Shown: positions 13,630-30,140, counted from the first letter of the stretch. The stretch: 64,000 nucleotides of DNA from Eledone cirrhosa (GCA_964016885.1 OZ024745.1:84072001-84136000); one strand, 5' to 3'. Notes: generated by a model not told the origin, from the sequence alone. Program-made: numbers and translations.

Positions 13630-13634
<5 letters not shown>
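13421..13634. mobile_element. Fold-back solo PLE terminus (family A) in (TA)n
   Basis: Arms 13477-13555 and 13564-13634 are inverted; sequence matches both ends of the PLE at 51316-52805. Confidence 0.88.
13563..13600 (+). ncRNA. Minimal type-I hammerhead motif (mirror copy on - strand at 13519-13556)
   Basis: GAG-CTGAGGA-tccgctaaggt-GAAA-CAATTG-TT-CTC; palindromic stem III. Confidence 0.75.
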
Positions 13635-13680
<46 letters not shown>

Positions 13681-13748
13681 CATATATATATATGTTATAT
13701 GTTTTAGAATACTATTAGCTTCTCGCTAAAACAATTTCTATACCTTTC

Positions 13749-15452
<1,704 letters not shown>

Positions 15453-15816
15453 AAAAAAAGAAAAAAAAAGAAAAAGAAACTCAAAATAACAAAAGACACA
15501 CACACACACACACAACACAACAACAACATCAACTGCCACCACCACCACCACCGCCACCGCCGCCGCCATCACCATGACCAGCGACCTGGCCTTAAGAACA
15601 ACTTTAATAATAATTTTTCTGCTTTTGGCACGGATCCAGCGACTGGCCCAGCGCATCACTGGTACTCTCTTTTGTTGACTCCGTGGAGAGCCATAACTCT
15701 ATGCTGTAAAGCAATTATAGTAATACTGGACTGTAGTACGATCGGCTTCAACTATACAAACTCTTGAAAGTCAACAGTTGACATAATCTTGTAATCTTGT
15801 ATCAGTAATGACGGTA

Positions 15817-15847
<31 letters not shown>

Positions 15848-15983
15848 CGTGTAAGTGAGTAGAGTAGCGTGTGTGTGTGTTTGTTGTATGTATGAGTGTT
15901 GCTGTGTGCGCGCATGTGTATGCGTGTGTGTGTATGTCGTACGTATAAGTGTCAATAAGTGATTTTTTTTTTTTTTTTTTTTT

Positions 15984-16280
15984 TGCGGGGACATAGAAAT
16001 AATCGGGCTGGATGCCCGATCGCGCAGTTAAACCACTGGGAGTGAAGAACCCCTAGCCCTTGTCAGGGTATTCTTCTAGGAGAAGGCATCTCAGGAAACT
16101 GGGTTAACTCCGATATAAAACCTGCGGCTCAGTAGTTACCGATGATGTTGATCTTTTCTTCTTTTCGGGTTATAGCTACTGTCGCTCAGAGAGTGGGATT
16201 GGTTCAGTGCACAGTCTTTCCTCACTTTAAAAATATTCGTCACGCACAGGCATTGCACGAGTGCATTAATAATTATTAAT
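15984..16280 (+). mobile_element. 5' part of a non-coding SINE-like/RTE-UTR-like element; its 3' end resumes at 21061-21105
   Basis: Collinear with the contiguous copy at 30676-31028; the motif TCTAGGAGAAGGCA resembles RTE 5' UTRs. Confidence 0.8.
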
Positions 16281-16349
16281 AGTGTACTGTTATTATTATT
16301 ATTATTATTATTACTATTATTATTACTTTTTTTTTTTTTTCCCAATTCA

Positions 16350-18466
16350 ATGATGTTCCAGAACAATGTAAACGAGATAATTGCCAATTTGGGTTCTGGA
16401 ACAAAAAAGATCATTGGCAATAAGGGCAGGGGCCCCAAGTTATCACAACCTGGGCCCGCCCGTCATCGTGCCATTGTAATAGAGCCAAACAGGGCATTTA
16501 GTCTTGGCTGCTGGAACGTACGGACGCTGCTTGACAGGGATTCTTTGGAGCGTCCTGAACGAAGGACCGCTCTTGTTGCAAAGGAGCTTCGACGTTACGA
16601 TCTTGACATCGTGGCTTTGTCTGAGACGAGGTTAGCTGGAGATGGTCATCTTACGGAATTTTGTGGAGAATATACATTCTTCTGGAAAGGAAGAGATGAA
16701 GGAACCAGAAGAGAGGCTGGGGTAGGATTTGCTGTTAAGACTGTACTGGTGAATAAATTAGAAGAATTCCCAGTGGGGATTAGTGAGCGTCTTATGTCCA
16801 TGAGAGTTCCGCTGGACAAGGGAAGATATGCTACCCTGGTGAGTGTGTATGCTCCAACTATGAATTCTGTCGATGAAGAAAAACTGTCCTTTTACCATGC
16901 CTTGAAAGGTGTTCTAAGAAATATCCCTCAGGCAGACAAAGTCATCGTGCTTGGTGACTTTAATGCTAGAGTGGGTAGGGATTTTAACACATGGAATGTA
17001 ATCGGAAGGCATGGGGTGGGAAAGTGTAACAGCAATGGTATGCTCTTGCTGCAGATGTGTGAGGAGCTGGACCTGTGTGTTACCAGCACCATGTTCCAAC
17101 AAAAGAACAAATTCAAGACCACATGGATGCATCCTGCATCTAAGGAATGGCATCTTTTGGACTACGTCCTAGTCAGGATGCGTGACAGACAGGATGTGCA
17201 GTGTGTTCGTGTTCTTCGTGGAGCTGAGTGCTGGACGGACCACCGCCTGGTACGCGCAAAAGTGAATCTAATCACCAAACGTAAAATCCAGGCTCCTGGT
17301 GTTACCCTACCCAAAAGATTGAATGCTGCTCGTCTTAAGGATAAAAATGTGAAGAGGACATTGGAAGAAGAGATGCAGGCTGCAGATCTTGGTGAGGATT
17401 GGCCGACCCTTAAAAAGTCGGTTTATGATGTGGGCAGACGTGTTCTGGGATTGGTGCAGAGAAAACATCAGGACTGGTTTAATGAGAATGATGTGCATAT
17501 AGAAGACTTGTTGGCTGATAAGAGGCGTGCTCTGTCACGCTACTTGACGGCAAAACCACAGGAGAGGAATACGTTGCATGAGGAGCTCAGGGATGTAAAA
17601 TCACGTGTTAGGCGGAGTCTTTCTCATATGAAGGATCAGTGGTGGAGTGAGAAGGCTGGTGAGATACAAACTGCGTCTGATTGCAATAACACAAAGCTGT
17701 TGTACAGTCTCTTGCGTGAGGTTTATGGACCGTCTTCTTCTCTGGTGACACTGATTCGCAGCAAGGATGGCAAAGAACTTCTTCGTGACTCACAGGGAAT
17801 TCTACGAAGGTGGCGAGAGCACTTTGATGATCTTTTGAATCAGCCGTCTGTCGTCAGTGAAGATTTCCTCAATCTCATTCCGGAAAGTCCTGTGAAAGTA
17901 GCTCTCGCAGAACCTCCGACACTTGTGGAGGTTGCAGTGGCTATTTCGAAGCTGAACAGTGGAAGATCTCCAGGTATGGATGGCATACATGCTGAGCTCC
18001 TACAATATGGTGGTGAGAGACTCCTGCAACATCTTCACTCTCTGTTTGGAAGGATATGGGCTAATGAATCCGTGCCTGAGGACTGGAGAGATGCAGTAAT
18101 GGTGGTCTTGTACAAGGGAAAGGGTAACAGGAATGATTGTGGGAACTGCAGAGGTATATCATTGCTTTCTGTCGTGGGGAAAGTTTTATGTAGGGTGCTT
18201 CTGGACCGTCTGCTGACACACATTGCAGATTGTGTCCTTCCTGAAAGTCAATCTGGTTTTCGTGCTGGACGCGGCACTACTGATATGATCTTCTCAGCTA
18301 GACAGCTCCAGGAGAAGTGCATTGAACAGGGCTTGCATCTGTATCAGGTTTTTGTCGATCTGACAAAGGCTTTCGATACTGTCAACAGAGATGCATTATG
18401 GAAGGTTCTCCAGAAACTTGGTTGCCCTGATAAGTTCCTTGCTTTAGTTAGGTCTTTCCATGACAG
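16350..18466 (+). CDS. RTE-clade (RTE-1/BovB-like) LINE ORF: AP endonuclease plus N-terminal half of RT, 3'-truncated
   Basis: WNVRTL, VYAPT, GDFNARVG, LDYVLV, TDHRL, PESQSGFR, FVDLTKAFD in one open frame; homology stops at RSFHD and the frame runs on into (GT)n. Confidence 0.92.
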
Positions 18467-18484
18467 CAGCACTGTTAGTTGCTA

Positions 18485-18566
<82 letters not shown>

Positions 18567-18738
18567 GCTTATGTGCGTGCGTGTGTGTGTATATATATAT
18601 GAATATGTATATTATTATTGTTGTTGTCGTTATTATTATTATTGCTATTATTGTTATTGTTATTCCTTGAATCTCAGTCATTGATGTTGGTTAACTGGAA
18701 AGTCCGTTGGATTGAATATCAAGCCACTACCTGCAGCC

Positions 18739-20799
18739 TCAGATATTCAGGACGTATCGGAGGGTTCTTGCTGTTCCAAGCAAGCATGCCTTTTGAAGCG
18801 TTCCAAAAAGCGTGAAGGGGCCGATTTTCTTTAACCATCCCTGGAAACTTTTGGAGATAGTCTCCAGTGCGCCTATGACAATCGGGATCACTTTGACTTC
18901 ATGGCAGTTCCAAATCCTTTTCATCTCCCACTTTAGGTCCTGGTATCGGTTAATTTTCTCCCTCTCCTTCTCTTGCACTCTCGTGTCGAACGGGCAGGCC
19001 ACATCCACAATCAGGCACGATCTTTTTTCTTTGTCCACAACCACCAGGTCAGGTCTATTGTGTTCCAGTTTTTTGTCCGTCTGTATCCTAAAATCCCACA
19101 GCACCTTCACCTGATTGTTCTCCATCACCGCCTCTGGCCTATGCTCATACCATTTCTCAGAATGTGGTAGATTGTTTACTTTGCACAGGTGCCAGTGGAT
19201 CACCCTGCCCATCACATCGTGTCTCCAGCCCTTATAGTGGGTCTGGGCTAGGTGTTTACACTCGGACACAATGTGAGCCACAGTCTCCTCTCTCTCTCCA
19301 CAGATCCTGCACAGTGGGCTGGCCTCCTCCTTGTAGATATGGTGCTTCAACCACTTCGTTTTGAGGGCCTGCTCCTGCGCAGCCATTAGCATTCCTTCTG
19401 TAGCCTTTTTGAGGTCTCCTCTTCTCAACCAGTTCCATGTCTGTGGATCTCTAAATTCAGTTTTCTCAAAGAAGGTACTATGAAGGTGTTTTCCCTTAAG
19501 GCTGCTCTTCCTCCTTGATGTTATTTCCTCCCTGGACATCCCCTGGCCTACTGTCCCCTCCTTCAGTACAGCTCTGAGCATTGGCTCCTTACTATAGGTC
19601 ACGTATTTGTATAGGTTGTTTTTCTCCATCTGAACACAGTCCTCTATGCTGATAAGACCTCTTCCACCCTCAGATCTCCTTAGGTAGAGTCTATCGACAT
19701 CACTCCTCTTGTGGAACATGTTGTAGATAGTCAATAGCTTCCTAGTCTTCCTATCCATTTCTTTCTGTTCAGCAACATTCCATCTCAGAATTCCCGCACT
19801 GTACCTAATAATAGACACAGCTCGGGAATTTACTGCGCTTATGGCATTTCTGCTGTTCAGATGTGACTTCAATACGCTCCTTACTCTCCGAATGTATTCA
19901 GTTCTTAACAATTCCTTCATTTTTTTGTTCTTTATGCCATCAGCCTCCAGAACGCCCAAATACTTGTATCCTTCCTCAGAGTCAATTTCCTTTATCATCT
20001 CACCTGTTGGTATCTGGATCCCGTTACTTCTTCTCAACCTACCCCTCTTCATCACAATGACTCCACATTTACCAATACCAAACTGCATACATATATCACT
20101 GCTGAAAATACGGACAGTGTCAACAAGCACATCCAACTCCTTCTCACTTTTCCCGAAGAGCTTAAGATCGTCCATGAAGAGGAGGTGATTGATGGTAAGC
20201 TCTCCCCTTCCCAACTTGTATCCTGTTCTCACTTTTCGCAGCATAATGGTCAAGGGCATCAGGGCAAGGACAAACAACAGAGGGGACAGGCTATCTCCCT
20301 GGAAGATACCTCTCTTGATCTTCACGCTTCCCAAGGATACTCCAGTTGATGTCAACTCTGTCTCCCAGGACCCCATACTCCTGCCTAGCAACTGTCTGAT
20401 GTTATCTGCCACCCTGAAGATCTCCAGGCTTTTGGTGATCCAGGAATGAGGCACCATGTCAAATGCCTTTCTGTAGTCTATCCATCCCATGGCAAGATCA
20501 GTGTGTCTCCTCCTGCAATTCCCCATTACCATCTTATCAATAAGCAACTGGTCCTTTGTACCACGTGACTTCTTTCGGCATCCTTTCTGTTCGTCCGGTA
20601 ACAAGTTGTTTGTGTGGAGGTGATGGTATATTTCCTCAGACACAATGCTCGTCAACAGTTTCCACATTACGGGCAGACATGTGATAGGTCTATAGTTGGT
20701 AGCATCATTACCCTTGATTCGGTCTTTCATTATCAGAACTGTGGTACCTTTTGTCAACCACTCTGGCACCTCACCCGACACCAAGCAGTCATTGAACAT
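18739..20799 (-). CDS. R4/Dong-type non-LTR retrotransposon ORF: RT, CCHC knuckle and restriction-like endonuclease, 5'-truncated
   Basis: DYRKAFD, GIFQGDSLSPLLF, FMDD, CRICG...HIVSEC, RHD, RPDLVV...DVACP; element spans about 18665-20817 between (TAA)n tracts. Confidence 0.92.
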   Translation of the reverse strand: MFNDCLVSGEVPEWLTKGTTVLIMKDRIKGNDATNYRPITCLPVMWKLLTSIVSEEIYHHLHTNNLLPDEQKGCRKKSRGTKDQLLIDKMVMGNCRRRHTDLAMGWIDYRKAFDMVPHSWITKSLEIFRVADNIRQLLGRSMGSWETELTSTGVSLGSVKIKRGIFQGDSLSPLLFVLALMPLTIMLRKVRTGYKLGRGELTINHLLFMDDLKLFGKSEKELDVLVDTVRIFSSDICMQFGIGKCGVIVMKRGRLRRSNGIQIPTGEMIKEIDSEEGYKYLGVLEADGIKNKKMKELLRTEYIRRVRSVLKSHLNSRNAISAVNSRAVSIIRYSAGILRWNVAEQKEMDRKTRKLLTIYNMFHKRSDVDRLYLRRSEGGRGLISIEDCVQMEKNNLYKYVTYSKEPMLRAVLKEGTVGQGMSREEITSRRKSSLKGKHLHSTFFEKTEFRDPQTWNWLRRGDLKKATEGMLMAAQEQALKTKWLKHHIYKEEASPLCRICGEREETVAHIVSECKHLAQTHYKGWRHDVMGRVIHWHLCKVNNLPHSEKWYEHRPEAVMENNQVKVLWDFRIQTDKKLEHNRPDLVVVDKEKRSCLIVDVACPFDTRVQEKEREKINRYQDLKWEMKRIWNCHEVKVIPIVIGALETISKSFQGWLKKIGPFTLFGTLQKACLLGTARTLRYVLNI

Positions 20800-20816
20800 G
20801 GCCGTCAGCTTCGGGT

Positions 20817-20863
<47 letters not shown>

Positions 20864-20895
20864 GTTATTAATGTATGTGTGTATATATGTGTGTG

Positions 20896-20945
<50 letters not shown>

Positions 20946-21109
20946 TAATCTTTTCCCCTTTTTTTTTTTAAAATTTATTTATTATTATTATTATTATTAT
21001 TTTTTTTTTATTTTTTTTTATTTTTTATTTTATTTTATTTATTTATTTTTTTTTTTTCTTGTGCAATGGCCATACTCGATAACGAGGGGGCAGCCATCAT
21101 ATATGTATA

Positions 21110-23847
<2,738 letters not shown>

Positions 23848-24123
23848 TATATATATATATATAGTTAAAAGAATAGAGGTGTAACACACAAGTTATTATA
23901 TATTGGTAAACGGAATAGAAAATGCTGACAAATTGTTCACAGTTGATAAATGGTTTAATTAGGAATAAAAGAGTATTAGTGATTGTATGGGTTAGTATTC
24001 AGTTGTGGTTTTAAGTTTTTAAGTTTTTATCGGTTGCGCATTTCTAAATGCTTTTCAAAAATAATTTTGAGATAGAGTGTCCGTGCTGTTTGCTCTGATC
24101 TGATTAGTTTTGGGAATTCTACC

Positions 24124-24340
24124 TGTTTTTATGTTAAAAAAGTGGCTCCAATTTGCAAAAATGCTTGTGGTCAAAACAATTTTGATTGGTCGGTAGAGGT
24201 CATGTGAATGTAAAAAATTGATTTTGCGCCAAGACTGTTTTTATGTTAAAAAAGTGGCTCCAGCAAAAATTCTTGTAGTCAAAACAATTTTCATTGGTCG
24301 GTAGAGGTCATGTGAATAAAAAATTGGTTTTGCGCCAAGA
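24124..24340. repeat. ~111-bp tandem duplication
   Basis: CTGTTTTTATGTTAAAAAAGTGGCTCCA...TTTTGCGCCAAGA occurs twice. Confidence 0.85.
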
Positions 24341-24378
24341 TTGAGAAATGACTCTTTCACAACAAATATGTGTGTGTG

Positions 24379-24440
<62 letters not shown>

Positions 24441-24444
<4 letters not shown>

Positions 24445-25886
24445 GGACAGACTGGACGTCGCCTGGCGGACCGGTTTACTGAACACCTCCGAGATATTCG
24501 TCTCGGTGGTAGTTCTCCCATCGCCCGCCACTTTGGTGCCCTGGACATTCCGCACACCACCTCACAGTCTGTGGCCTACTCCAATGCCACGGAACACCCG
24601 CCACTCTCCTCAGGGTCGAACAACGAACCATCTTCACCCTACAGACCCACACTCCCCCCGGCGTGAACTCCCCACCCTTATTCCTTTAGCCTTCGACCAC
24701 CCCCTCCCCCACACATATCCCCCACTAACACACCCCTCCTTTTCACCGCCCACCCCACAACTAACAATACTAACACCTCCACCCCACACCCGACCACCCT
24801 TCCCCAACTAACATACTAACATCCCTCCCTTCTTCCCCCCTCCTTATCACACGCACACACCCACACCCTTTCTCACATACACACACATCCCACTCACACC
24901 TCTACTAATACACACACACCCACACCTCATTCCAACTTTCACACCTACCCATCCTCTCCCCTGTCCACCGCACCTCCGCACACACTGACACACCTACTTT
25001 CTACACTTACAATTCTACCCGACTGCTGCTATGCCCTTATCTCTACCACCTCCCCGCACACACAGATACACAACCCCCCTCCTGCCTTGACCCTCTGACC
25101 ACTTCCTGTTGTGCGCGCACCCCACATCTCCCCTCTTCCGACCAATCTCTTCACGGATTACACATATTGAACATTGATCCCTAGAATCCACCACATCCCA
25201 AGGATATTACCCAGCATTCGACCACATCGTCTACGGAACTACCTTAAGGACTCGCCCATTGACATACACTAAAAAAAAAAGTTTTTCCCACATGCCACCT
25301 ACATCCACAACACGCATAAACACCACACACACACGTGCGTACCACCACATATTTACACATTCAGCCTCCGGAATCCTCTCCCCCACCCCTCTGACCCCTC
25401 CCCACCCACACACGCACACACACTCCGACCTACACCCCACCCCACACACACCTCTTCCTGAACATGTAACCCCGTTCTTCCCTCAACTCTTACTTTCACA
25501 TACACACACACACACGTATACCTACACACACACACCACCTTCAGCCCTCTCCGCTCGGACACCCCGCCTCCCTCTCCCCACTCCACCCGCCACCACCCCT
25601 ACACGCCCCACATCATTCCTCCACCTGTTTTACCTCATGTTTATTTTTATTTTTATTATGCTTTTATATTTAATTTCATTTGTACTGTATCCACTCACCC
25701 CCTTTTTTCTATATGTCTCTTCACCACTCCCCTACACACCTTTGGAACTCTCTTCCCACACACTTTTCACCTGAACAAGGGCTTATGCCCGAAACGTCGC
25801 TCCCCACCACCACCCCACTCTCAAGAGCGTGAAACTAATAAACCTTTGTTCGTACTGCCTCTCTGTTTTGTTCCCGTCCAATTTTT

Positions 25887-25890
<4 letters not shown>
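24441..25890 (+). mobile_element. 5'-truncated PLE: GIY-YIG C-terminal part plus C-rich 3' UTR/pLTR
   Basis: VGQTGRRLADRFTEHLRDI...PIARHF; hammerhead motif and AATAAA near the end; starts in (GT)n and ends in (TA)n. Confidence 0.85.
25765..25834 (+). ncRNA. Hammerhead motif (G8C, probably inactive) with inserted hairpin
   Basis: TTTCAC-CTGAACA-aGGGC ttat GCCC-GAAA-CG-TC-[GCTC...GAGC]-GTGAAA. Confidence 0.7.
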
Positions 25891-25922
<32 letters not shown>

Positions 25923-26133
25923 TTTCTGAATTTGTTTAGCAAGATTCTTTATCTGAAATCGTGTGTTGAAACCGATATTGTTATACTTTGGGAGGGTCAT
26001 GTTGCCAATAAGAAACACACGCACCAGTTGCTTTCACTTCAATTTAATTTATTAAATATTTATAAATTTACAAATTTATAAATTTCTGGTTGGTTGGTTG
26101 GTTCCACAACCAGATAGTTGTTTATATATATAT

Positions 26134-26178
26134 AGTCATAGTTCTTTCGTCACACACTCTGTGACCTCTTCAGTGACT
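26134..26178 (-). ncRNA. Intact-looking minimal type-I hammerhead ribozyme
   Basis: AGTCA-CTGAAGA-gGTCAC agagtgt GTGAC-GAAA-GAAC-TA-TGACT. Confidence 0.85.
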
Positions 26179-26483
26179 GGGGATTTCTTTCTTCGTTTCT
26201 GTGCCTTTCCTTTCTTCTATCCTACGCCATTTTGTTTGTGTGTGGGTTGCGTGCTCAGTTTGCGCATGCGCCACATCCGGGTGTCTGTGTGTGTTTGTGT
26301 TCATTTTTCTATTTTTCTATTTATATTTTTCTATTTGTTTGTTTATTTATTTATTTATTGTTGGTTGGTTGTTTGTTCTATGTGTGTGTGTGTTTTCATT
26401 TTGTCTTGTGTGTGTTTTCATTTTGTGTGTGTTTTCAATTGTAAGTTGTTTGTTCTATGTGTGTGTGTGTTTTCATTTTGTCC

Positions 26484-29192
26484 TTAATTGTAAGTTGTGA
26501 TGTTGCTGTTCCACTCATATTTTCTATTTAATTTTGGTTTTAATTCTTTTATGCTTACTGCCTCTGTAATTTGCCTAAACATTGCGTCTTTCTTGTGTGT
26601 GGATTCTATTTTTATTTCTATGCTCTCTAATTTACCCCTGTGTTCTATCTTAGCATGTTGGTAGAGCACAGATGATTCTTTACTATCTTGGAGGTCTCGC
26701 CAGTGTTCATTTATTCGTTCCCCTATACTACGAGCTGTCTCACCTATGTACACTACATTTTTGTTTCTACATTGTCCTTCAGTACATCTTATGCTATATA
26801 CCACATTTCTAGTTTTACAGTTAATATGGGGGCTTATTTTACAGGTTATACATTTCTTATCTATACATGAGGGTCTTTGGAACGGGTATGTCTTGCTAAT
26901 AAGTGTTTTTACGGAGGTACCAGGTCTTTCTACTATCTTAATATTGAGATTATGTTTCTTTAGGGCCCTTCTAAATTTGTAGGCTAGTTCGCCTCTAGGG
27001 GTTGTATTGATGAACATTACACTCTGGTATTTATTGCTATCATACCATGAGTTTATTCTATTGGCCTTGTTCTTAGTTCTTTCTATTCTATTCCAAAATT
27101 TGCTCCTATACAAGGGGCAGGTCCCATTTATGTCATTATTTACCATTTTTTCCCATTTGGTTCTGGCTCCTTTATACACTCTGATTCTATCTCTCTGATT
27201 GTAGCCAGAGAACTGCATACGGTGGATGAAGTGTTGTATGTGTCTCTCTAGTTCTTCGGGGTTGCACATGCGGGACACATTTCTCATCACCCGTACCAAA
27301 TCCGCAATCAGTATGTTGATTTTGGTATGGTCCGAAATGGCCGAGTTTCGGTGGATCAGATGTTTGGAAGTCATGGGTTTGGCATAATGGGAATGGAGGA
27401 TTTGTTTTTGGTTGTTAATAGTATCTAACCAGAGCTCTGTGTCTAGTACAGGTAATCGATGGTTGGGGTGTCTACTTGGGTAGTCTATAGTAACTCTAAT
27501 GCTCTGGTGGATGGAGTTTGCTATTTGCTGGATGCTTTCCATTGTGTTTTTCTCTAGTTCCTGACTGTTCTTTAGTGGGGGTGTCTTAACTACGATGTTT
27601 ATATCATCTACGTAGCGGGAGTACATTATCAGGGTTAAGCTGTCTTCTAATTGTTCATTAAGTTTTTGTTTAAGTCTACTGTCCCACCATACCATGAATA
27701 AGTTAGCTATGTCGCCTGCAATGCTAACACCAATGGCTGCTCCTTCCTCTTGGGCATATGTTTTACCATTAAATTTGAACATATGTTCCTTAAGGGTTAG
27801 TTTTATGCTGGCCCCTACCGCATGTGCAATCATTTTCTTCAGTTCATCGTGGTTTTCGGGTGTCCGTATGGCTCTGGTCCACCCGTTCCATCTATCTGTG
27901 TGGGTTTTCTTGGCCATTGAGGTAATGGTAGGTGGTCTGCCTCTTGCTGGTCTTGTAGGGCACAGGTTGCTAAGGTCATAAGTGTCTAGGTAACTATTAC
28001 TATGGGTAAGCTTAAGTAGAAGTCCCAGCTCACTGGTATCAATCCCACGGAACTCAACCTTGCACTCGCCGATCATTTCGACGCATTTCTCCACAGCAAA
28101 ATCCACGTCAATAGATGGATACAGGGACACAACATCCATACTGCCTATTATGCAGTTTGTTAGGTCCCCAGATCGGTTACCCGCGCCGATTCTGCTGAGG
28201 AGGTCCTCCGTGCTGTCACACACATCTGGGGACATCTCAATGATGGGGCGTATGATCAGGGAGAGGAAGTAGGACAGTCTGTAGTTACTAGCAATGTTAG
28301 CCCCACAGACTGGCCGTGTTGGTGGTCCCGCGACAGGGTCCCAGCCCGATTTATGGTCTTTACGAAGCCCATACAACGCCGGCACGTCATTGTTCCAGGC
28401 CTGGAAGTTGTTGGCAGTCCTTTTGTTGGGCTGCATTATATTTGTCCACATCACCATATGGGCATTGAGGGCTTTTTCTCTATCCTCATGCTCCTGTGGT
28501 GTTACCTCTCTTGTGTTAGTGATGTGGGGTTGCATTGCCTGGATGTAGTTTGGCAGGCTGTCAACCGACATTCTGCCAGACTTGTCTGTTGGAAAGCATG
28601 CTATCTCTCTATTACGCGAGCGCTGCATGAGCTTACGCAAGCCATTTGCAGATTCTTCTCCCAGTTGCTGGGCCTCTATTCTATTATGCTTCTTGCTATA
28701 CTGTTCTATAATATTTCTAAGTTCGTATTTAGCTATACTAAATTGTGCCTCTGTTTGTTCATCGACCTGCGACGGCAACTGCGTGCGTTTGTTAAATGGC
28801 AAAGTCGTGGCGTGGACTCGTCGTAGGTCGAATGATTTATCGGAGGGGTTATAAAACGGAGAGTTCCAGGCTGCTGCTTTATGTGTACTAGTGCTATTGT
28901 TATTGTTAGTTGTGTTGTTTCTATTTCCACCAACAGCAGCAGCCTCAGCTTCATGGTTGTTTCTATGTCTCTCATAATTACTCCTGTCTCTTTCCACTGG
29001 CTCAATGTTGTTATCTACCCTATTTTGTGTGTCTGTGTGTTCGTCTTGGTTATTCTCTTTGTCCTTAGTCTCCCATCTCCTTTTCCTTTTCCTTTTAATC
29101 CTATTACTTTCTCTTATTTCTCTGATTTCTGTGCTACTGTCATTACTTGTTTTCTGTGTCTGTGTGTTTGTTAAGATTGTGGTGAGAGGCAT
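26484..29192 (-). CDS. PLE reverse transcriptase plus C-terminal GIY-YIG endonuclease (902 aa; true N-terminus is upstream and disrupted)
   Basis: TDKSG, LYGLRKDHK, PTRPV, DVVSLYPSI, GAAIG, RYVDDI, Cys-rich linker CIDKKCITC, VVYSIRC...YIGETARSIGERINEH, terminal LNRKYEW. Confidence 0.93.
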   Translation of the reverse strand: MPLTTILTNTQTQKTSNDSSTEIREIRESNRIKRKRKRRWETKDKENNQDEHTDTQNRVDNNIEPVERDRSNYERHRNNHEAEAAAVGGNRNNTTNNNNSTSTHKAAAWNSPFYNPSDKSFDLRRVHATTLPFNKRTQLPSQVDEQTEAQFSIAKYELRNIIEQYSKKHNRIEAQQLGEESANGLRKLMQRSRNREIACFPTDKSGRMSVDSLPNYIQAMQPHITNTREVTPQEHEDREKALNAHMVMWTNIMQPNKRTANNFQAWNNDVPALYGLRKDHKSGWDPVAGPPTRPVCGANIASNYRLSYFLSLIIRPIIEMSPDVCDSTEDLLSRIGAGNRSGDLTNCIIGSMDVVSLYPSIDVDFAVEKCVEMIGECKVEFRGIDTSELGLLLKLTHSNSYLDTYDLSNLCPTRPARGRPPTITSMAKKTHTDRWNGWTRAIRTPENHDELKKMIAHAVGASIKLTLKEHMFKFNGKTYAQEEGAAIGVSIAGDIANLFMVWWDSRLKQKLNEQLEDSLTLIMYSRYVDDINIVVKTPPLKNSQELEKNTMESIQQIANSIHQSIRVTIDYPSRHPNHRLPVLDTELWLDTINNQKQILHSHYAKPMTSKHLIHRNSAISDHTKINILIADLVRVMRNVSRMCNPEELERHIQHFIHRMQFSGYNQRDRIRVYKGARTKWEKMVNNDINGTCPLYRSKFWNRIERTKNKANRINSWYDSNKYQSVMFINTTPRGELAYKFRRALKKHNLNIKIVERPGTSVKTLISKTYPFQRPSCIDKKCITCKISPHINCKTRNVVYSIRCTEGQCRNKNVVYIGETARSIGERINEHWRDLQDSKESSVLYQHAKIEHRGKLESIEIKIESTHKKDAMFRQITEAVSIKELKPKLNRKYEWNSNITTYN

Positions 29193-29904
29193 TGAATGCG
29201 TGTGTGTTGTTGTTGTTGATGTGTGTTGTTGTTGATGTGTGTTGTTGTTGTCTCCGTGTGTGTGTTATCGTTGTTGTGTGTGTTGTTATTGTTGTTTGTG
29301 TTTGCGTGTCTGTTGTTGTTGTATCTGGGTATGTTGCTATTGTTGTTGTTGTTGATGTGTGTGTTGTTATTATTGTCTCCGTGTGTGTTGTTATTGTTGT
29401 TTGTGTCTGCGTGTCTGTTGTATCTGGGTATGTTGCTATTGTTGTTGTTGTATCTGGGTATGTTGCTATTGTTGTTTGTGTCTGTGTGTCTGTTGTTGTT
29501 GGGATGTGTGTTGTATATGTGTGTGCGTATATTGTTGCTTTTGTTTTTGTTTTTGATGCTCCAGCGTAGTTTCGTAAATCATTTTTCTATTTCTGACAGA
29601 CAACTAATCATATTTACCTTCTTGAATGTCGCAAATTTGGGTGGCAGACGTAACACAGACATTTCATTATTATCTATTTCCGTGTTTCCATAGATGTTGG
29701 TATTTTCATTGTTGAACTCTTCAGATAATGAGGTGTCGGCCATGTTGATACCGTCAATTTTGTCGGGATATCTATTGGTATACTCTATAGTATCCCGATT
29801 TAGCTTTGCCTGTTTAAGCCACTTTAATTTTCTGTTAAAGTGCTTATTACATTCTTGAGTAATGTACTGTTCTTCGGGGCGTATAAGGCTTATAAATGTT
29901 ACTT

Positions 29905-30025
<121 letters not shown>

Positions 30026-30101
30026 ACATACATATATATATATATATAGATATATGTCTGTACATACATATATATATATATATATATATGTATGTACATT
30101 C

Positions 30102-30140
<39 letters not shown>

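Noticed and set aside
29579-29581. In-frame TGA in the PLE as possible selenocysteine
   Set aside because: Context EIEK*FTKLRW fits a Gly/other-to-stop mutation; a frameshift follows; no SECIS recognised; the known selenoprotein PLEs have N-terminal EN
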